From assembly GCA_964016885.1 (NCBI GenBank), contig OZ024740.1:416330001-416394000 (forward strand): a stretch of DNA of 64,000 nucleotides, written 5' to 3'. Positions within the stretch are counted from its first letter, which is position 1. Each line of letters begins with the position of its first letter. Origin of the DNA: Eledone cirrhosa (Eukaryota). The notes under the pieces are model-generated. The model did not search any database and was not told where the DNA came from. It was given only the letters and a program-made list of their open reading frames with translations. Positions 56,801-64,000 of this stretch are shown piece by piece. The position numbers and the translations under genes are program-made.

Positions 56801-59800
56801 CTCATTACACGTTATCATTAAAAGGCTATTACCATACTCATTACACTTTATCATTAAAAGGATATTACCATACTCATTACACGTTATGATTAAAAGGATA
56901 TTACCATACTCATTACACTTTATCACTAAAAGGATATTACCATACTCATTACACTTTATCACTAAAAGGATATTACCATACTCATTACACGTTATCATTA
57001 AAAGGATATTACCATACTCATTACACTTTATCACTAAAAGGATATTACCATACTCATTACACTTTATCATTAAAAGGCTATTACCATACTCATTACACTT
57101 TATCATTAAAAGGATATTACCATACACATTACACTTTATCACTAAAAGGATATTACCATACTCATTACACTTTATCACTAAAAGGATATAACCATACTCA
57201 TTACACGTTATCATTAAAAGGATATTACCATACTCATTACACTTTATCACTAAAAGGATATTACCATACTCATTACACTTTATCATTAAAAGGCTATTAC
57301 CATACTCATTCCACTTTATCACTAAAAGGATATTACCATACTCATTACACGTTATCATTAAAAGGATATTACCATACTCATTACACTTTATCATTAAAAG
57401 GCTATTACCATACTCATTACACTTTATCATTAAAAGGATATTACCATACTCATTACACTTTATCATTAAAAGGATATTACCATACTCATTACACGTTATC
57501 ATTAAAAGGCTATTACCATACTCATTACACTTTATCATTAAAAGGCTATTACCATACTCATTACACTTTATCACTAAAAGGATATTACCATACTCATTAC
57601 ACTTTATCACTAAAAGGATATTACCATACTCATTACACTTTATCATTAAAAGGCTATTACCATACTCATTACACTTTATCATTAAAAGGCTATTACCATA
57701 CTCATTACACGTTATCATTAAAAGGTTATTACCATACTCATTACACGTTATCATTAAAAGCATATTACCATACTCATTACACTTTATCATTAAAAGGCTA
57801 TTACCATACTCATTACACGTTATCATTTAAAGGCTATTACCATACTCATTACACGTTATCATTAAAAGGATATTACCATACTCATTACACTTTATCATTA
57901 AAAGGCTATTACCATACTCATTACACGTTATCATTAAAAGGATATTATCATACTCATTACACTTTATCATTAAAAGGATATTACCATACTCATTACACTT
58001 TACCATTAAAAGGATATTACCGTACTCATTACACTTTATCATTAAAAGGATATTACCATACTCATTACACGTTATCACTAAAAGGATGTTACCATACTCA
58101 TTACACTTTATCATTAAAAGGCTATTACCATACTCATTACACTTTATCATTAAAAGGATATTACCATACTCATTACACTTTATCATTAAAAGGATATTAC
58201 CATACTCATTACACGTTATCACTAAAAGGATATTACCATACTCATTACACTTTATCATTAAAAGGCTATTACCATACTCATTACACTTTATCATTAAAAG
58301 GATATTACCATACTCATTACACGTTATCACTAAAAGGATATTACCATACTCATTACACTTTATCATTAAAAGGCTATTACCATACTCATTACACTTTATC
58401 ACTAAAATGATATTACCATACTCATTACACTTTATCACTAAAATGATATTACCATACTCATTACACGTTATCATTAAAAGGATATTACCATACTAATACA
58501 CTTTATCATTTAAAGGCTATTACCATACTCATTACACGTTATCATTAAAAGGATATTACCATACTCATTACACGTTATCATTAAAAGGATATTACCATAC
58601 TCATTACACGTTATCATTAAAAGGATATTACCATACTCATTACACGTTATCATTAAAAGGATATTACCATACTCATTACACTTTATCATTAAAAGGCTAT
58701 TACCATACTCATTACACTTTATCACTAAAAGGCTATTACCATACTCATTACACGTTATCATTAAAAGGATATTACCATACTCATTACACGTTATCACTAA
58801 AAGGATATTACCATACTCATTACACGTTATCATTAAAAGGATATTACCATACTCATTACACTTTATCATTAAAAGGCTATTACCATACTCATTACACGTT
58901 ATCATTAAAAGGATATTACCATACTCATTACACGTTATCATTAAAAGGATATTACCATACTCATTACACGTTATCATTAAAAGGATATTACCATACTCAT
59001 TACACGTTATCATTAAAAGGATATTACCATACTCATTACACGTTATCATTTAAAGGATATTACCATACTCATTACACGTTATCACTAAAAGGATATTACC
59101 ATACTCATTACACGTTATCATTAAAAGAATATTACCATACTCATTACACTTTATCGTTAAAAGGCTATTACCACACTCATTACACGTTATCATTAAAAGG
59201 ATATTACCATACTCATTACACGTTATCATTAAAAGGATATTACCATACTCATTACACGTTATCATTAAAAGGATATTACCATACTCATTACACGTTATCA
59301 TTAAAAGGATATTACCATACTCATTACACGTTATCATTAAAAGGATATTACCATACTCATTACACTTTATCATTAAAAGGCTATTACCATACTCATTACA
59401 CGTTATCATTAAAAGGATATTACCATACTCATTACACGTTATCATTAAAAGGATATTACCATACTCATTACACTTTATCATTAAAAGGATATTACCATAC
59501 TCATTACACGTTATCATTAAAAGGATATTACCATACTCATTACACGTTATCATTAAAAGGATATTACCATACTCATTACACTTTATCATTAAAAGGATAT
59601 TACCATACTCATTACACTTTATCATTAAAAGGATATTACCATACTCATTACACGTTATCATTAAAAGGATATTACCATACTCATTACACGTTATCATTAA
59701 AAGGATATTACCATACTAATTACACTTTATCATTAAAAGGATATTACCATACTCATTACACGTTATCATTAAAAGGATATTACCATACTCATTACACGTT

Positions 59801-62800
59801 ATCATTAAAAGGATATTACCATACTCATTACACTTTATCATTAAAAGGATATTACCATACTCATTACACTTTATCACTAAAAGGATATTACCATACTCAT
59901 TACACTTTATAATTAAAAGGCTATTACCATACTCATTACACTTTATCACTAAAAGGATATTACCATACTCATTACACTTTATCATTTAAAGGCTATTACC
60001 ATACTCATTACACTTTATCATTAAAAGGATATTACCATACTCATTACACTTTATCATTAAAAGGATATTACCATACTCATTACACTTTATCATTAAAAGG
60101 ATATTACCATACTCATTACACTTTATCACTAAAAGGCTATTACCATACTCATTACACGTTATCATTAAAAGGATATTACCATACTCATTACACTTTATCA
60201 CTAAAAGGATATTACCATACTCATTACACGTTATCATTAAAGGGATATTACCATACTCATTACACTTTATAATTAAAAGGATATTACCATACTCATTACA
60301 CTTTATCATTAAAAGGATATTACCATACTCATTACACGTTATCATTAAAAGGATATTACCATACTCATTACACTTTATAATTAAAAGGATATTACCATAC
60401 TCATTACACTTTATCATTAAAAGGCTATTACCATACTCATTACACTTTACCATTAAAAGGATATTACCGTACTCATTACACTTTATCATTAAACGGATAT
60501 TACCATACTCATTACACGTTATCACTAAAAGGATGTTACCATACTCATTACACTTTATCATTAAAAGGCTATTACCATACTCATTACACTTTATCATTAA
60601 AAGGATATTACCATACTCATTACACTTTATCATTAAAAGGATATTACCATACTCATTACACGTTATCACTAAAAGGATATTACCATACTCATTACACGTT
60701 ATCATTAAAAGGCTATTACCATACTCATTACACTTTATCATTAAAAGGCTATTACCATACTCATTACACTTTATCATTAAAAGGATATTACCATACTCAT
60801 TACACTTTATCATTAAAAGGATATTACCATACTCATTACACGTTATCATTAAAAGGCTATTACCATACTCATTACACTTTATCATTAAAAGGCTATTACC
60901 ATACTCATTACACTTTATCACTAAAAGGATATTACCATACTCATTACACTTTATTATTAAAAGGCTATTACCATACTCATTACACGTTATCATTTAAAGG
61001 CTATTACCATACTCATTACACTTTATCATTAAAAGGATATTACCATACACATTACACTTTATCACTAAAAGGCTATTACCATACTCATTACACGTTATCA
61101 TTAAAAGGATATTATCATACTCATTACACTTTATCATTAAAAGGATATTACCATACTCATTACACTTTACCATTAAAAGGATATTACCGTACTCATTACA
61201 CTTTATCATTAAAAGGATATTACCATACTCATTACACGTTATCACTAAAAGGATGTTACCATACTCATTACACTTTATCATTAAAAGGCTATTACCATAC
61301 TCATTACACTTTATCATTAAAAGGATATTACCATACTCATTACACTTTATCATTAAAAGGATATTACCATACTCATTACACGTTATCACTAAAAGGATAT
61401 TACCATACTCATTACACTTTATCATTAAAAGGCTATTACCATACTCATTACACTTTATCATTAAAAGGATATTACCATACTCATTACACGTTATCACTAA
61501 AAGGATATTACCATACTCATTACACTTTATCATTAAAAGGCTATTACCATACTCATTACACTTTATCACTAAAATGATATTACCATACTCATTACACTTT
61601 ATCACTAAAATGATATTACCATACTCATTACACGTTATCATTAAAAGGATATTACCATACTCATTACACTTTATCATTAAAAGGCTATTACCATACTCAT
61701 TACACGTTATCATTAAAAGGATATTACCATACTCATTACACGTTATCATTAAAAGGATATTACCATACTCATTACACGTTATCATTAAAAGGATATTACC
61801 ATACTCATTACACGTTATCATTAAAAGGATATTACCATACTCATTACACTTTATCATTAAAAGGCTATTACCATACTCATTACACTTTATCACTAAAAGG
61901 CTATTACCATACTCATTACACGTTATCATTAAAAGGATATTACCATACTCATTACACGTTATCACTAAAAGGATATTACCATACTCATTACACGTTATCA
62001 TTAAAAGGATATTACCATACTCATTACACTTTATCATTAAAAGGCTATTACCATACTCATTACACGTTATCATTAAAAGGATATTACGATACTCATTACA
62101 CGTTATCATTAAAAGGATATTACCATACTCATTACACGTTATCATTAAAAGGATATTACCATACTCATTACACGTTATCATTAAAAGGATATTACCATAC
62201 TCATTACACGTTATCATTTAAAGGATATTACCATACTCATTACACGTTATCACTAAAAGGATATTACCATACTCATTACACGTTATCATTAAAAGAATAT
62301 TACCATACTCATTACACTTTATCGTTAAAAGGCTATTACCACACTCATTACACGTTATCATTAAAAGGATATTACCATACTCATTACACGTTATCATTAA
62401 AAGGATATTACCATACTCATTACACGTTATCATTAAAAGGATATTACCATACTCATTACACGTTATCATTAAAAGGATATTACCATACTCATTACACGTT
62501 ATCATTAAAAGGATATTACCATACTCATTACACTTTATCATTAAAAGGCTATTACCATACTCATTACACGTTATCATTAAAAGGATATTACCATACTCAT
62601 TACACGTTATCATTAAAAGGATATTACCATACTCATTACACTTTATCATTAAAAGGATATTACCATACTCATTACACGTTATCATTAAAAGGATATTACC
62701 ATACTCATTACACGTTATCATTAAAAGGATATTACCATACTCATTACACTTTATCATTAAAAGGATATTACCATACTCATTACACTTTATCATTAAAAGG

Positions 62801-64000
62801 ATATTACCATACTCATTACACGTTATCATTAAAAGGATATTACCATACTCATTACACGTTATCATTAAAAGGATATTACCATACTAATTACACTTTATCA
62901 TTAAAAGGATATTACCATACTCATTACACGTTATCTTTAAAAGGATATTACCATACTCATTACACGTTATCATTAAAAGGATATTACCATACTCATTACA
63001 CTTTATCATTAAAAGGATATTACCATACTCATTACACTTTATCACTAAAAGGATATTACCATACTCATTACACTTTATAATTAAAAGGCTATTACCATAC
63101 TCATTACACTTTATCACTAAAAGGATATTACCATACTCATTACACTTTATCATTTAAAGGCTATTACCATACTCATTACACTTTATCATTAAAAGGATAT
63201 TACCATACTCATTACACTTTATCATTAAAAGGATATTACCATACTCATTACACTTTATCATTAAAAGGATATTACCATACTCATTACACTTTATCACTAA
63301 AAGGCTATTACCATACTCATTACACGTTATCATTAAAAGGATATTACCATACTCATTACACTTTATCACTAAAAGGATATTACCATACTCATTACACGTT
63401 ATCATTAAAGGGATATTACCATACTCATTACACTTTATAATTAAAAGGATATTACCATACTCATTACACTTTATCATTAAAAGGATATTACCATACTCAT
63501 TACACGTTATCATTAAAAGGATATTACCATACTCATTACACTTTATAATTAAAAGGATATTACCATACTCATTACACTTTATCATTAAAAGGCTATTACC
63601 ATACTCATTACACTTTACCATTAAAAGGATATTACCGTACTCATTACACTTTATCATTAAACGGATATTACCATACTCATTACACGTTATCACTAAAAGG
63701 ATGTTACCATACTCATTACACTTTATCATTAAAAGGCTATTACCATACTCATTACACTTTATCATTAAAAGGATATTACCATACTCATTACACTTTATCA
63801 TTAAAAGGATATTACCATACTCATTACACGTTATCACTAAAAGGATATTACCATACTCATTACACTTTATCATTAAAAGGCTATTACCATACTCATTACA
63901 CTTTATCATTAAAAGGATATTACCATACTCATTACACGTTATCACTAAAAGGATATTACCATACTCATTACACTTTATCATTAAAAGGCTATTACCATAC
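29816..64000. repeat. 36-bp tandem satellite (TAAAAGGATATTACCATACTCATTACACTTTATCAT), about 950 copies, continuing past the window end
   Basis: Exact 36-bp period. Three common polymorphic sites: GGAT/GGCT, ACTT/ACGT and TCAT/TCAC. Only three register shifts seen (about 44220, 44987 and 58496). No TE insertions. Confidence 0.99.

Noticed and set aside
29741-63981. Giant ORFs up to 4280 aa of (MIKCNEYGNILL)n on the minus strand and (RILPYSLHFIIK)n on the plus strand
   Set aside because: A 36-bp unit with one stop-free frame per strand produces these automatically. The common variants are non-synonymous on both strands, stop-creating variants are propagated in the HORs, and frameshifts occur. 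There is no sign of codon-level selection. Proteomics or Ribo-seq would be needed to revive the idea.
29816-64000. CRISPR array (36-bp repeat length)
   Set aside because: The repeats are head-to-tail with no unique spacers, there are no cas genes, and the context is eukaryotic.

Overview
AT-rich animal genomic DNA. The SINE families and the RTE 3' tails point to a cephalopod such as octopus (inferred from recalled consensus motifs, not from a search). The window has three blocks. (1) About 100-12260 is a 61-bp satellite carrying three 5'-truncated RTE-clade LINE copies; two of them come from a 5101-bp duplication of satellite plus LINE. (2) About 12300-29800 is TE-dense. It holds two further RTE copies, a compact 4.15-kb Ty3/Gypsy-order LTR element, two Tc1/mariner elements (one DD37D maT-type, one with 38-residue spacing), tRNA-derived SINEs, a Helitron-like relic, hairpins and a decayed minimal hammerhead ribozyme. 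It also contains two minus-strand exons (28153-28232 and 15020-15220) that splice in frame to the C-terminus of an LBP/BPI-family protein with an unusual tail of about 55 aa; the ORF track misses the first exon entirely. (3) 29816-64000 is a 36-bp satellite of about 950 copies, with three recurrent biallelic sites and kb-scale higher-order repeats. It appears to lie inside an intron of at least 35.7 kb of that gene. The giant MIKCNEYGNILL and RILPYSLHFIIK ORFs are best explained as artefacts of a stop-free 36-bp unit.
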